Of a stretch of 64,000 bases of DNA, positions 51,363 through 64,000 are shown one piece after another. The position numbers were made by a program, and so were the translations under genes. Numbering within the stretch: the first letter of the stretch is position 1; the number at the start of each line of letters is the position of its first letter. The stretch comes from Octopus vulgaris (Eukaryota), in contig OX597815.1 of NCBI GenBank assembly GCA_951406725.2, positions 160,146,001 through 160,210,000 of the forward strand, in the 5' to 3' direction. The notes under the pieces were generated by a model that saw nothing but the letters and a program-made list of their open reading frames with translations, had not been told where the DNA came from and did not search any database.

Positions 51363-53090
51363 TTGATTCTCTTGTCAAAAATAACATATGAGTTCCCCTG
51401 TAATTTCAAACTTCCTGAAGCACAATATGTCGTTGTGGAATACGAATCTCCAATTATACCACTCTAATGGAGTACTTGCCTCAGAAAATATAAACATCAA
51501 CTGTGGAATTTTTCAAGGTGACTCACTTTCACCTTTGATATTCTGCATAGCCCTAATACCCCTTACAAGTGAATTAAACAGAACAGGGTATGGGTATAAA
51601 ATTGCCAATAAAAAAATAAGCCATCTATTTTATATGGATGACTTAAAACTTTATGGTAAAAACAATAATGAACTTGAAGGCCTATTGCGCACCGTGAAAG
51701 CATTCAGCGATGACATCGGGATGGAGTTTGGACTTGAGAAGTGTGCCAAGGCCACTTTCCAGAAAGGGAAAGTGAAGACCACAAATTCAGTCGTGTTAGA
51801 TGTTGACACAGTCATAAGAGAGCTTGAGCAAGAACAAACATACAAATATTTAGGGATAAATGAAGGCTCTGGTATTCAGCATGCAAGCATGAAAGAGAAG
51901 ATCAGGAAGGAATGTTATAGGAGAGTTCGTGCAGTCCTGAAATCTGAACTAAATGCACGTAACAAGGTGTTAGCTATAAATTCCTTAGCAGTTCCAGTTG
52001 TTACTTATAGCTACAATGTGTTGAACTGGAATATGAGTGAAGTAAAGAATATAGATAGGAAAATACGCAAGCTGCTGAGTTGTAATAGGATGCACCACCC
52101 AAAGGCAGACGTAGATCGCCTTTACCTTCCCAGAGCCCAAGGAGGTCGAGGCCTGATCCAATTTGAACTAGCTTACAAAACAACCACAATTGGACTGGCC
52201 AAATATCTCGAAATATCGAATGACTGGATGCTAAAGCACGTGGAAAATCACAAGAGACGGAAGAAGCTTCATTCTATCATAAAGGAAAGCAAAAAATTTG
52301 CTATTGATCTCGTGCAGGATACCCAAACTGAACAACCCGAGGGAAGTACGGCAACTATTGTTGCAAAGAAGGTGAAAATGATGGCAATGAAAAAAGCGCA
52401 CGAGCAATTGGCTGATAGGTGGGAGGAGAAACCTCTGCATGGCAAATATGTGACCCGCAGCAAACAAGCTGATGTTGACCAGAAGCAAACCCATCAGTGG
52501 CTACGGAGCTCAGGGCTAAAAGCAGAGAGCGAAGGTTTCATCCTGGCTGCTCAAGATCAAAGCCTATTAACCTGGAACTACCAGGCCAATGTGATGAAAA
52601 ATGGAGCAGACCCAAAATGCCGATTCTGCAACGACATGATTGAAACAGTGGACCACCTAATCTCTGGATGTAAGGTCTTAGCACCAGTGGAGTATAAATT
52701 AAGACATGACAGAGTTGGCCAATATCTCCACTGGCTAATAAGTCGGCATTACAATATCAAAACTGCCGACAACTGAGGCTGTAACTGAAGGAGAAAATGT
52801 AACCATTCTGTGGGACTTTCCAGTACATACAGACCGAATCATCAAGGCCAATAAACCAGATATTGTTGTGAAAGACCAAAACAATAAAGTTTGCTTATTG
52901 ATCGACATGAGCATCCCCTGTGATCATAATATCTCAGCGAAAAGAGTTTGACAAGCTCAGAAAATATAAAGACCTACTCATTGAAATTGAGAAAATGTGG
53001 CATCTCAAGGCGGTTACAATACCAGTGATCGTAGGAGCACTAGGAATGATCAAGAAGGGAACCGAAAATTATATGAGAATGATCCCTGGC
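51363..53090 (+). mobile_element. R4/Dong-clade non-LTR retrotransposon fragment (RT, CCHC knuckle, restriction-like endonuclease), 5'-truncated and frameshifted
   Basis: FQGDSLSP, HLFYMDDLKLY, YKYLG, RLYLPRAQGGRGL, AAQDQ and CRFC…ETVDHLISGC…RHD. Shifted frames continue ILWDFPVHTDRIIKANKPDIVV…LLIDMSIP…KYKDL…IPVIVGALG. A (TAA/TGA)n tract lies just upstream. Confidence 0.92.
51388..52776 (+). pseudogene. RT C-half and zinc knuckle ORF (462 aa) of the R4/Dong LINE
   Basis: Motifs as in the element entry. Lacks the N-terminal RT motifs and stops at a small deletion near 52773. Confidence 0.9.
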
Positions 53091-53341
53091 TAATCCTGAG
53101 TCAAGATGATAATGGGGATTTCAAATTTTGGCACAAGGCCAGCAATTTCATGGCAGGAAGGTAAATTGATTACATCAATCCCAGTGTTCAACTGGTACTT
53201 ATGTTATTAACCCCAAAAGAGTGAAAGGCAAAGTTGACCTCAATGGAAATTGAACTCAGAATGTAGCGATGGGTGAAATACAGTTAAGCATTTTGCCTGG
53301 CTTACTAGTGAGTTCTGCCAGCTCACTACCTCATAATAATG

Positions 53342-53378
<37 letters not shown>

Positions 53379-53379
53379 T

Positions 53380-53600
53380 AAAAAATGTTCAGACAAATAC
53401 ATAACAAAAACACCAGGACTTACAAATATATATAACATACAGAAAATTGCACTACTAGGCACTGCATACATCTTACGCAAAACACTTTCAATACAGTAAC
53501 CATAAGAGCATTACAGCAAACCACAGCACATACCCAAGGCACACAGAGCTGCACTCGGTAGTGAAGTGAAAGCACGATATAAAAATAAAATTACTGTATA
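53380..53600 (+). mobile_element. 3' end of a second Dong/R4-type family, between (TAA)n tracts
   Basis: KCSDKYITKTPGLTNIYNIQKIALLGTAYILRKTLSIQ* is the RLE-LINE C-terminus, followed by a short UTR and (TAA)n. Confidence 0.8.
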
Positions 53601-54169
53601 ATAATAATAATAATAATAATGATGACAATGATAATAATAACAATAATGATGATAATAATAATAATAATAGTAATAATAATAATAATAGCTTTAGGTTTAA
53701 TAACAGCATGGATGATAAAAGAGCCATAATGAAAAGAAGAAAGAAAAAAAAATCTAATAATATTGTCAAATCTGAAGGTAAACTTAACAAACCAAAGTAA
53801 ATAGTAATGCTATTAGAAGCCAGCTAGTTGTGTTCTCCACTTTTGGGTTTTACACAAAAATATTGTGTTTACAATAAATAACAAATAACAATGTACAAAT
53901 CACATGAAAGAAGAATGGGACACATAAAAAGAGCATACAACAAATTAATTAAAATCAACAGTATATAACACATTGACCATGACCAACCATTATGAAGAGC
54001 AATAGAAACTGTTTCTATTGTCCCAGGATTTATTAGGAATGTTGAAGTGTGAGTTAAAGGTTTTTTATGCTTCAATGAATGCGAGAAACAAGAATCAGAT
54101 GTAAGTACTGGCCAAAATAAAATTAATCTGCATGGATCAGTGAAAGTATTTCCACAGGATATGACTAAA

Positions 54170-55010
54170 TATTGGTTTCAAATTTTAGCACAAGGCCAGC
54201 AATTTTGGGGAGTGGTTAAGTCAATTACATCAATCCCAGTGTTTAACTGGTACTTTTTTACTGACCCCAAAAGGATGAAAGGCAAAGATGACCTTGGCAG
54301 AACTTGAACTCAGAGTGTAAAGACAGACAAAATACTGCTAAGGATTTTGTTCAGCATTCTAAAGATTCTGCCAGCTTGCCACCTTAATATGACTAAATAT
54401 TCCTCTCTACTCTAGGCTCATGGCCCAAAATTTTGGGGGGAGGGGCCAGGCAATGAGATTGACCCCAGTACGCAACTGGGTTTCAAATTTTGGCACAAGG
54501 CCAGCAATTTTGGGGAGTGGATAAATCAATTACATCGATCCCAGTGTTCAACTGGTACTTTTTTGATTGACCCCGAAATGATGAAAGGCCAAGTTGACCT
54601 TGGCAGAACTTGAACTCAGAGCATAAAGACAGGCAAAATGCCATTAAGCATTTTGCTCAGCTTGCCAATGATTCTGCCAAATATGACCAAATATTGATAT
54701 CAGGAAACTAATATGTTAATACAATCAGGCTTTCTCCAAGAAATTCTTGTCTCACCCATATGCTAAATAGCCTAATATACTTAACAGCCATAAGGCAATG
54801 AGCTGGCAGAATTGCAAGCATGCTGGACAAAATGTTTAGCAGCATTTTGTCCATCTTTGCATCCTGAGTTCAAATTCCACCAAGGTTGACGTTCCCTTTC
54901 ATCCTTTTAGGGCCGATAAAATTAGTACCAGTTGAGTACTGGGGTTAATGAAATTGATTTAGCCTTTCTTCTGAAATTGCTGGCCTTGTGCCAAAATTTG
55001 AAATCAGTAT
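54170..55010. mobile_element. Cluster of SINE B-related copies (alternative tail ending CCTTGTGCCAAAATTTGAAA) on both strands
   Basis: Minus copies at ~54170-54385 and ~54480-54680, plus copy at ~54790-55005. Similar clusters at 15440-15755, 17650-19000 and 50285-50740. Confidence 0.75.
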
Positions 55011-57257
55011 ACTTAGCAACCATATTAGCATCAGGTGAAAGAGAGTTCAACTGTAATAGAATCAGTCACACTTGACTCAAGCTTACCAAACAAAAATGGG
55101 AAGAACATATTGGAAAATATACAAATTATATAAAAAATGGAAAAGCAATATTTTCCTCCAGTTAAATATGGAAAGGAGGAAGGGATCTAATATTTTTTAT
55201 CTTTTATTTGTTTCAGTCAATGGGCTGTCGCCATGCTGGGGCACTGCCTTACTCAATACTGATTTTTTTTGAAGTCTGGTACTTATTCAATTGCCGAAAT
55301 GCTAAGTTAAAGGGACATAAACAAACCAACAATGGTTGTCAAGTAGTTGGGTGGGGACAAGCACAAAATCACACATACACACACACATATATATATATAT
55401 ATGTATACATATGATGGGATTCCACACAGTTACTGTCTACCAAATTTATGCACAAGGCACTGCATGGCCTAGTGCTATAGAAGACATGCAATGGGACTGA
55501 ATCTGAAACCATGTAGTTGCTAAGTGTTGATCCTAAGTAAAAATAAAAGCATGATTTTAAATAGATAATCTAGGTAAAGATATACCAAAACTGAATGTTT
55601 TAGAAAAATATTATATCATCCATAAAAATTATAGATTTTGAAAACAAAATACAAAAATATACAACACATAAATGAAAAATAGACCTGCAGTAATGGAAAA
55701 TACAATCTTATTAGGGAAGCAAATGGGGGGAAAAATACATAAAATGATTAAGATGTAGGATGGATAAGAAATAAACAGGGAAGGAAAAAATGTTAATAAT
55801 AGCATATGTATAGTCCAGCAAAATTATGGTGGAAATTTATCAATGCAGTCACCATCATCATAAGTTTTTCATCAAAACTAAAGGGTTCATTCGACCCTTT
55901 CAAGCGTTTAGTCTTGATAAATTGATAGAGTTTCCAATTCTGATAAAGGTACTTAACCAGCATACACAACACTTTAGCAACAACATATAATAAATTGCGA
56001 AGGATATCAGTTTAGAATGCCCAGCAGGTTTACTACAGGGAAAACAGTATCCATTCTCAATGAATAAATCAATAAATAAATAACACCAAGGACCACAAGA
56101 TTAATAATCTGTTTAGGAACAATATATTAATATATGCTATCTATACTCCTCAACAAGCTGGGTTTACACTTAGAAAATAATAAGTATCTTACTACAAGAA
56201 TCAAAGGATATTGGAAGGGAATGTATGGATGCAAAGAATAGTTTAAACTGAGAAGTTATTGCTAACAGTTGAGTAAATAACAATAATATAGGCATTACAT
56301 GGATTAATAATAATAGCATGCTACATTCCTAAATGTTGGAAACTCGTTATAACAATCGTTGTACATCCATTTTCCATTCTGGCATAATTTGAAAGGGTTG
56401 TTATAGTGCTAGAAGTTTTTATTTACAGTTTCTACCTCCCTAGATGGCTAGATGGACCTGAGGACCACAACTCACTTTTGAATACTACATACTACATTTT
56501 GTCATAGTTTTCTACAACTGGATGCTCTTCCTAACAGTAACCACTTTATAGAGGATATTGAATATATTTTATTATAGCACAGCATTGGAGAAGCTGTCGT
56601 GTCCTCAGCAATACAAGACTAAAGCATTCTCTCAGCCCTCTGTGGTCTTCACCTATTCACCATTTTTCAGAGACTCCTTTTCTTCTGCTGCTCTTTTAAT
56701 TAGCTCTGACTCCACAAACAAATCTTTTGATTAAACCAACAGTAATTCCAACTACTACAAACAAATTATATATCGTCTCTTTTATAATGATTCCATAAAA
56801 CTATATACAAGGGGCAGTACTGAGATAGAGAACCTATTAAAAACTAAATGAATTCAATAATAACACTAAAATGAACACAAGTTTCAACAAATATACTGAA
56901 GCAAATCTAATAAAAAGAAAATTACTTAGAACTTTATCCCTTTAACATTCAGATTACTCTGTCAAGTATAATATTTATTCACATTATTTTGAATCATTCA
57001 TACATAATTTCATAGCATTAAGATTTGATGATGTGAATATTTATTTTTGTAATGACATTGTAGGGCAGGTGTGAGAGGCATGATCTAACTGGTCTGGGTC
57101 TAAAACAGGTAGAGTATTTAGAATATCTTTTCTTTTTATTTTTTATCTTTTATGTGTATCAGTCATTAGAGAGCAGCCATTCTGGGATATCACTTATTTT
57201 TTTAAAGCCTGGTATTTGTTCTAATGGTGTCTTTTGATGAACCACTAAGTTACAGGG

Positions 57258-57487
57258 TGGTGAGCTGGCAGAAACGTTAGCACACCAGGTGAAATGCTTT
57301 GTGGTATTTCATCTGCCATTACGTTCTGAGTTCAAATTCCGCTGAGGTCGATTTTGCCTTTCATCCTTTTGAGGTCGATAAATTAAGTACCAGTTGTGCA
57401 CTGGGGTCGATGTATTCGACTTAATCACTTTGTCTGTTCTTGTTTGTCCCCTCTATGTTCATCCCCCTTGTGGGCAATAAAGAAATA
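57258..57487 (+). mobile_element. SINE B nested in a minus-strand SINE A, 14-bp TSD
   Basis: ACTAAGTTACAGGG at 57244-57257 and 57488-57501. Confidence 0.85.
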
Positions 57488-57798
57488 ACTAAGTTACAGG
57501 GACATAAACACGCTAATGCTAGTTGTCAAGCAGTGGTGGGGGTGGGACAAAGACATGCACACATAGATATATGTATACATATATGACAAGCTTCTTTTGG
57601 TTTCTGTCTGCCAAATCCACTCACAAGGCTTTGTTTAGTGTGAAACTAGTAAAAAAACATTTACCCAATGTGCCATGCAGTGGGACTGAACCCTGAACCA
57701 TGTGGTTGGGAAGCAAGCTTCTTATCACAAAGCTACATCTGCATGGTTTAAATGGTAAAAATTCAAATATTAATTTAAATTTGGATATCAGACTCTTT

Positions 57799-58436
57799 GG
57801 ATCTTTACCTTTTGACCTACAGAATTAAAGAAATAATTTTTTGTAATTAAACACTTTCAAACTTCAGACACTAGTAGAATGTGTCATATAAAACATCTTT
57901 TACTCTTAGCATTTTTGAGTAAAACTTATATTTACGAAGTTATTTCACGTTAAAGTTTTTGTATTTCGGTAATTTCAACCGATCAATGACGTGTATTCAG
58001 CTGAATAAAATTACTGCTGTTGTTTGTCAACAACAACTATCGCCGGTGTATTTTTCATTTGTCACAGTTATTTATGATATCGTTTGTGCGTTTGTACTGG
58101 TTTTAGCTTTAGGGTTTTAGGGTTAGGATTTTAGGGTTAGGGTTAGGATTTAGGGTTGTCATAAATAACAGTGACAAATGAAATATACACCACTGGAAGT
58201 TCTTGTTGACAAACAACAGCAGTAATTTTATTCAGCTGAATACACGTCATTGATTGGTTGAAATTACCGAAATACGAGAACTTTAACATGAAATAACTTC
58301 GTAAATATAAGTTTTACTCAAAAATGCTAAGAGTAAAAGATGTTTTATATGATACATTCTCCCAGTGTCCGAAGTTTGAAAGTATTTAGTTACAAAAAAT
58401 TATTTTTTAAATCTGTAGGTCAAAAGGTAAAGATCC
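57799..58436. mobile_element. Foldback MITE, ~280-bp TIRs, telomere-like loop, 8-bp imperfect TSD
   Basis: Termini GGATCTTTACC… and …GGTAAAGATCC; arms 57799-58081 and 58155-58436; flanks GACTCTTT/AACTCTTT. Confidence 0.92.
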
Positions 58437-59742
58437 AACTCTTTATATTGGCATACAACTATTCATACAAGTATTTAGGAAGAGGTAAAATTGCTAATAA
58501 TGGCATGCATAAATGGAAGAGAAATTTAGACATCCTTGTAGATGATACAGAATAATAGAGGGGAAAAACTGAACTTAGCACCAGAAATAACAACATTGGA
58601 AAAAATAAACTAGTCAAATTGTACAGCTTCAATATAATGATTTAAAAGTGAATGAAAACCCCAATGTGAAAATCATAAAAAGACTGCCTGCCATACAAAA
58701 ACTGCAAAAGATAGAATATCTCTATTAAGCACACAGGAAGATGCAAAATAGAAAACTATTGCCATGTAACCAATGTGGTTCAAGAAACATACATAGAAGC
58801 AAGTAAAAGAAGACTTATTATTATAATAAAGAAATATAAGAACATAGAATTGTCCCTCCAGAAATATAAAAAAAGACGAAAAGAAATAGCACAAACTAGA
58901 AGCTAAGTGCACTTAAGGTAAGGGATTAGATGATAAAATAAGCCACAAAAAAGGGGGAAATAAAACAAAAATAAAAGACAAGAATTAAAGTAGAACTAAA
59001 AAAAAATAGTACAAGGAAAATAAAGCAAAAAACGTTTCCACGGTCAATGTCCTATGGAATTAAATAGAGAAGTGAATCAGCAAAAAAGACAACAATGATT
59101 CCAAAACTGTGCGCTGGACAAAAGATAGAAATAAAAGTTCTAAATTTGATAATATCAAATGCTTAGGAACAAATAACAAAAGCTATTGGAACAATATTCT
59201 CTATGTGCAGATATGGCTGTGTAGATGAGACATTCTTTCCCAACAATGTGGTTTTAGGTTCAGTCCCACTACTGCACAGAACCTTGGGCAAATGGATCCT
59301 ACTATAGTCCTTGGTTGATCAAAGCCTTATGAGAGGATTTAGTAGACAGAAACTGATAGAAAAATGTTATCATATAAATGTAGGCATGGCTGTGTAATAA
59401 GAAGTTTGCTTCTCAACCACATGGCTCTGAGTTCAGTCTCACTTCATGGCAACTTGGGCAAGCATCTTCTACTATAGCCTCAGGTTAACCAAAGTCTTGT
59501 GAGTAGATTTGGTAGATGGAAACTGAAAGAAGCCTGTCATATATATATATATATATATATAAAATTTCAGTAACCATTGGAAAACTGATTATAGCAGTGA
59601 CTCAATCGATTCCTAGTGAAATCTAAAGAAGGAATTTTTGTATTCGAAGATATTATATCAGAGTATGGATGATTAAAATATAACAGTTATTATAGTCCAC
59701 TCTGCACTGTTGTGCCATTCAAGATACATTATATGTTATATA

Positions 59743-59776
<34 letters not shown>

Positions 59777-59777
<1 letters not shown>

Positions 59778-60180
59778 CATCATCATCATCATCGTTTAAC
59801 GTCTGCTTTCCATGCTAGCATGGGTTGGACGATTTTGACTGAGGGCTGGTGAACCAGATGGCTGCACCAGGCTCCAGTCTTGATCTGGCAGAGTTTCTAC
59901 AGCTGGAGGCCAGTAAGGCAACACTGGTAACGATCATGCTCGAATGGTGCCTTTTACGTGCCACTGGCATAGAAGCCAGTTAGCCGCTCTGGCAACGATC
60001 ACACTTTTACTGGCAACGACATCGCTCAAAACTTTTTACACATGCCACTGGCACAGGTGCCAGTAAGGCAATGTTGGTAACAATCACGGACGAATGGTGC
60101 CTTTTACGTGCCACCGGCACGGAAGCTAGTTAGCCGCTCTGGCAACAATCATGCTCGGATGGTGCTCTTGGCACCCTAAT
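59777..60180 (-). mobile_element. RTE-type 3' region with internal tandem repeats
   Basis: (CAT)n tail plus repeated GGTGCCTTTTACGTGCCAC/TGGCAACGATC blocks. Confidence 0.7.
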
Positions 60181-60589
60181 AAAGATATATATATATATAT
60201 ATATATATATATCTTTATATGTGTATGTGTGTGAATTCATGAGAGTTTGTCTTTTTATCCAAAATGGAGATGAACACTATTCCTCCATGTGATTGGCTTG
60301 AAAATTATTGAGATATTAAGATATTTTTCTTAGCATGAAACAAATGGTAGCCTTAATTCACAAATAAAAATTATATCCACCAATGCGGTATTGAGCACTC
60401 ATTCTCATTATTTGATATTTACACATGTGCTATTGGTGGTTTCTTTTCCTTCTTTGGACTTTTCTCTTTCTCCTTTCCGATTAAGAATTATGCTCGAAAT
60501 GTCAGACTCTCTCTTTTAACTGAGCATCAAGCTAATACATTTTTTGTGCTCGTCCTCTTGTCTGTTAATTTTACTCATTTATTTGAATT

Positions 60590-60642
<53 letters not shown>

Positions 60643-61056
60643 CGTAACCAAAGTAAGCTATGAACTTAAAACTATTAATTATATGAGAATTAAAAAACAA
60701 AATTCTACCTGTTTATTCAATTAACAAAAGGAGATGCATGCTAGACAATATCTAAAGGATTAACCCTGTTATTACCAATGTCTGTGGATATACGCTGCCT
60801 TTGATTAAAATAATTTTGAAAATAATGAAGAATTTTGTAAAATAAGTGTTTGAAGTATAAGTCAACATGAAATTATGATGGAAGCTTTTAATTTACATCA
60901 CTTTAAATGAACAATTTGGTATCCTAGAATCAGAGATGGCTTCAGGTGGGTTGGTATCAAAAGTGCAAGATGATTATAAAATTCAGCCAGAATGATCAAT
61001 TTATCTTAATTCTAGAAGAGACGCTAATCATCAGTTTATTTGCATACAACATGTAC

Positions 61057-61700
61057 AGCATATGACTCAGTGGTTAGAGCATTGGGCTCACAATCATGAG
61101 GTAGTGAGTTCATTTCCTGGACCAGGCTGTGTTGTGTTCTTGAACAAGGCATTTTATTTCACATTGCTCCAGTTCACTCAACAGTAGAATGAGATGTAAC
61201 ATCACTGGTACCAAGATTTTATGGCTTTTGCCTTTCCCTTGTATAGTATCAGTGACATGGAGAGGAGAGGCTTGTATGCATGGGTGACTGCTTGTCTTCC
61301 TTAAATAGACTTGCTTGGACTTGTGCCTTGGAGGGTAACTTTCCAGATGCAATCCCATGGTCATTCATGACCAAAGGGTTCTTTACCCAGATATACATAT
61401 GCATATGAGGTAGAGAGTTTGATTCCCAGGCTGGGTTGTGTGCTGTGTTCTTGAGCAAAACACTTTATTTCATATTGCTCCAGTTCACTCAGCAGTAGAA
61501 ATGAATTGAAACATCAATGGTGCTAAGTTGTATCAGCCTTTCCTTTTCCTTTACATAACATTGGTGGTATGAAGAGGGGAGGCTGGTATGCATGGGCAAC
61601 TGTGGGTCTTCTATAAACAACCTTGCCTGGAGTTGTGCCTTGGGGAGTAACTTTCTTGGTGCAATTCCATGGTCATTCATGACCAAAGGGGGGTCTTTAC
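61057..61700 (+). mobile_element. Two tandem SINE C copies
   Basis: 61057-61385 and 61408-61700 both end CAT(G)GTCATTCATGACCAAAGGG. Confidence 0.82.
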
Positions 61701-61744
61701 CCTCGTTTCCAATCAACGTAGTCCTGTTTATTGCAGGTTCTATA

Positions 61745-62160
61745 TCTTTTATCTTTTACTTGTTTCAGTCATTAGACTGTGGCCATGCTGGGGCACCACC
61801 TTGAAGAATTTTTAGTTTAATGAATTGACACCAGTAATAATTTTCCTTTTTAAACTTGGTACTTATTCTATCAGTCTATTTCACCAAACTGCTAAGTCAC
61901 TGGGATATAAACACATCAACAGTTGTCAGGAGATGGTGGGGACAAACACAGACACAAAGACACACTCACACATACACAGACAAATATATATATATATATA
62001 TATATGGGCTTCTTTCAGTTTTCCATCCACCAAATCCACTCACAAGGCTTTGGTCGGCCTGAGGCTATAGTAGAAGACACTTGCCTAAGGTGTCACACAG
62101 TGGGACCAAACTCAGAACCATGTGGTTGGGAAGCAAACTTTTTACCCCACAGCCATGCCA
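61745..62160 (-). mobile_element. SINE A
   Basis: Family consensus, reverse strand. Confidence 0.8.
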
Positions 62161-62687
62161 CCACCTCTGGATAAACATCTTGAACACAAAACCTGTAAAC
62201 TAACAAAATATTCGACAGATGTACCCCATTTCAGTTTATTTATTCGTTTACAACTTGAGATGACTGGGCCACCGTTTAGAGTTAAATACTTTGACCACAG
62301 TTAGTGTGCAATGCTAATGATTAAATATAAATCAATAACCCTTTAGCTGTGGTTGTCATTATATAATAATAAAGTTAATTGTTGAAACAGTTATGGCTGA
62401 GACTATGCAAAGATAAATAGTAATTGGCAATATCTAATTATGATTTTATAATGTGATTCACTCATACTATATTCCATGTAAGAAAACTAGAGGAGGGGAA
62501 AAATATCTAATTATAAATATATAATTACATTTATATTTACTGAGCTGGAAAAGATGAGAGACAGTTATAAATGTTGTTATTTGAAAGACTAAAGAATAAT
62601 CAGGCACCTATAACCGAAGAGATTTAGTCGTTTGTGTGAACAATATATAAACTAAATACAACAGATACTCAAGAAATTACTGACAAA

Positions 62688-63089
62688 AAGGCAGCAAGCT
62701 GGCAGAAACGTTAGCACGCCGGGTGAAATGCTTAGCGGCATTTCGTCTGTCTATACATTCTGAGTTCAATTTCTACAGAGGTCAACTTTGCCTTTTGTCC
62801 TTTCGGGGTTGATTAAATAAGTACCAGTTACACACTGGGGTCGATGTAATCGACTTAATCCGTTTGTCCCCTCTGTGTTTAGCCCCTTGTGGGTAGTAAG
62901 GAAATAGGTATTTCGTCTGTCTTTACGTTCTGAGTTCAAATTCTGCCGAGGTCGACTTAGCCTTTCGTCCTTTTGAGGTCGATTAAATAAGTACCAGTTA
63001 CGCACTGGCGTTGATATAATTGACTTAATCCATTTGTCTGTCCTTGTTTGTCCCCTCTGTGTTTAGCCCCTTGTGGGCAGTAAAGAAAT
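62688..63089 (+). mobile_element. Dimeric SINE B with 17-bp TSD
   Basis: AAGAAATTACTGACAAA at 62671-62687 and 63090-63106; internal body duplication. Confidence 0.88.
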
Positions 63090-63566
63090 AAGAAATTACT
63101 GACAAATACAGCAGCTTCATAATTTCTAGAAAAGGATGGGGTAGTAACCTTTATAAAGAAGTTAGTAATTTTATAATATAATAATAATAATAATGAAATT
63201 ATTATATACAGTGCTCAGGTGCACCACAACTTGTCAAAAGTGCATATAAAGTAAATGCAGTAATGTACAAATGGCTGGAAAGCAAACAGTGTATGAGTCA
63301 GATACATTCTTGCGTGTGTATGGAGGGGAGAAAATCAGGTGTAGTGTTGGCGAATCTCAGGAAGCATGGAAGTTTTAAAGGATGCAGTGCTCTGGCAGTT
63401 TGTTCCATGCTTCAACTAAAATTAGAAAATCAAGTTCAGAATCTTTCAAGTAAAATAGACATGGCACCAATCAATTAATTAGTAAAGTAAGTTTTGAGCA
63501 TTTTGATTTTCATTTGTATTACTACAGATAAACCTTAATTCTTTTGTATTATTGTTAATGTTGTTG

Positions 63567-63602
<36 letters not shown>

Positions 63603-64000
63603 GGTTTGACTCAGGAACAGTCTTATTCTGGTAAGGTTTATGTGGGTAGTGAGTTACTACCTGTAACCTTAGGTATCCACAAGTTCTCAGTAGTCTTCCA
63701 AGTGCTTATAACTCTCCTGATTATTCTTGCTGTCCCTAAGAGACAAACTTTCTATAGGAGCTCTGCAGGGCATTCTATTCTAATCTCCTTCAGCCATTTG
63801 TCAATATCTTTGCTTACTGTTCTCAATGCACCAATTATTATAGACACAACCTTTATTGTTCACATGCTTCAAATTTTTCCTATTTCAAATTTTAAGGGAT
63901 TGTTTTTTTTTCTTTTGTTTTTCGTCCTCTTTCTTCACAATCTTGGAATCAAATGGGCATGATGGGTTGATTAGTAAGCAACTTTACTTTTCCTTATCTA
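63603..64000 (-). mobile_element. Dong/R4-type LINE 3' end next to (TTA)n, cut by the window edge
   Basis: The minus strand encodes CLLINPSCPFD…IIIGALRTVSKDIDKWLKEI…KVCLLGTARIIRRVI with stops, and ends at (TAA)n 63570-63602. Confidence 0.8.

Noticed and set aside
59620-59662. Hammerhead-like CTAAAGA…GAAT/ATTC…GAAG between TA tracts
   Set aside because: Both core boxes are mismatched, so it cannot be distinguished from chance.

Overview
AT-rich, repeat-dominated eukaryotic DNA with no host protein-coding exon I can support. The SINE families, RTE tails and dense (TA)n/(CA)n/(TAA)n microsatellites look like an octopus/cephalopod genome; that is inference from repeat style, not a database match. 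The centrepiece is a young, nearly intact Penelope-like retroelement (Neptune-type, ~24501-29497) inserted in a (TA)n tract. It has an inverted-plus-direct 5' pseudo-LTR forming a ~565-bp palindrome and three copies of a variant minimal hammerhead-ribozyme motif. Its 431-aa coiled-coil/low-complexity ORF1 is joined to the RT/GIY-YIG frame by an in-phase U_UUU_UUA slippery heptamer, a candidate gag-pol-like -1 frameshift. Also present: R4/Dong-type RLE LINE fragments in (TAA)n tracts; a Tx1/L1 LINE 3' fragment split by a solo-LTR-like insert with an ATAG TSD; decayed hAT and MULE transposases; a CR1-like relic; a 638-bp foldback MITE with a TTAGGG-like loop; piggyBac-type TTAA MITEs; and several tRNA-derived SINE families with nested insertions. 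Most short ORFs in the track are microsatellite or SINE artefacts. All alignments were done by eye, and boundaries of decayed elements are approximate.
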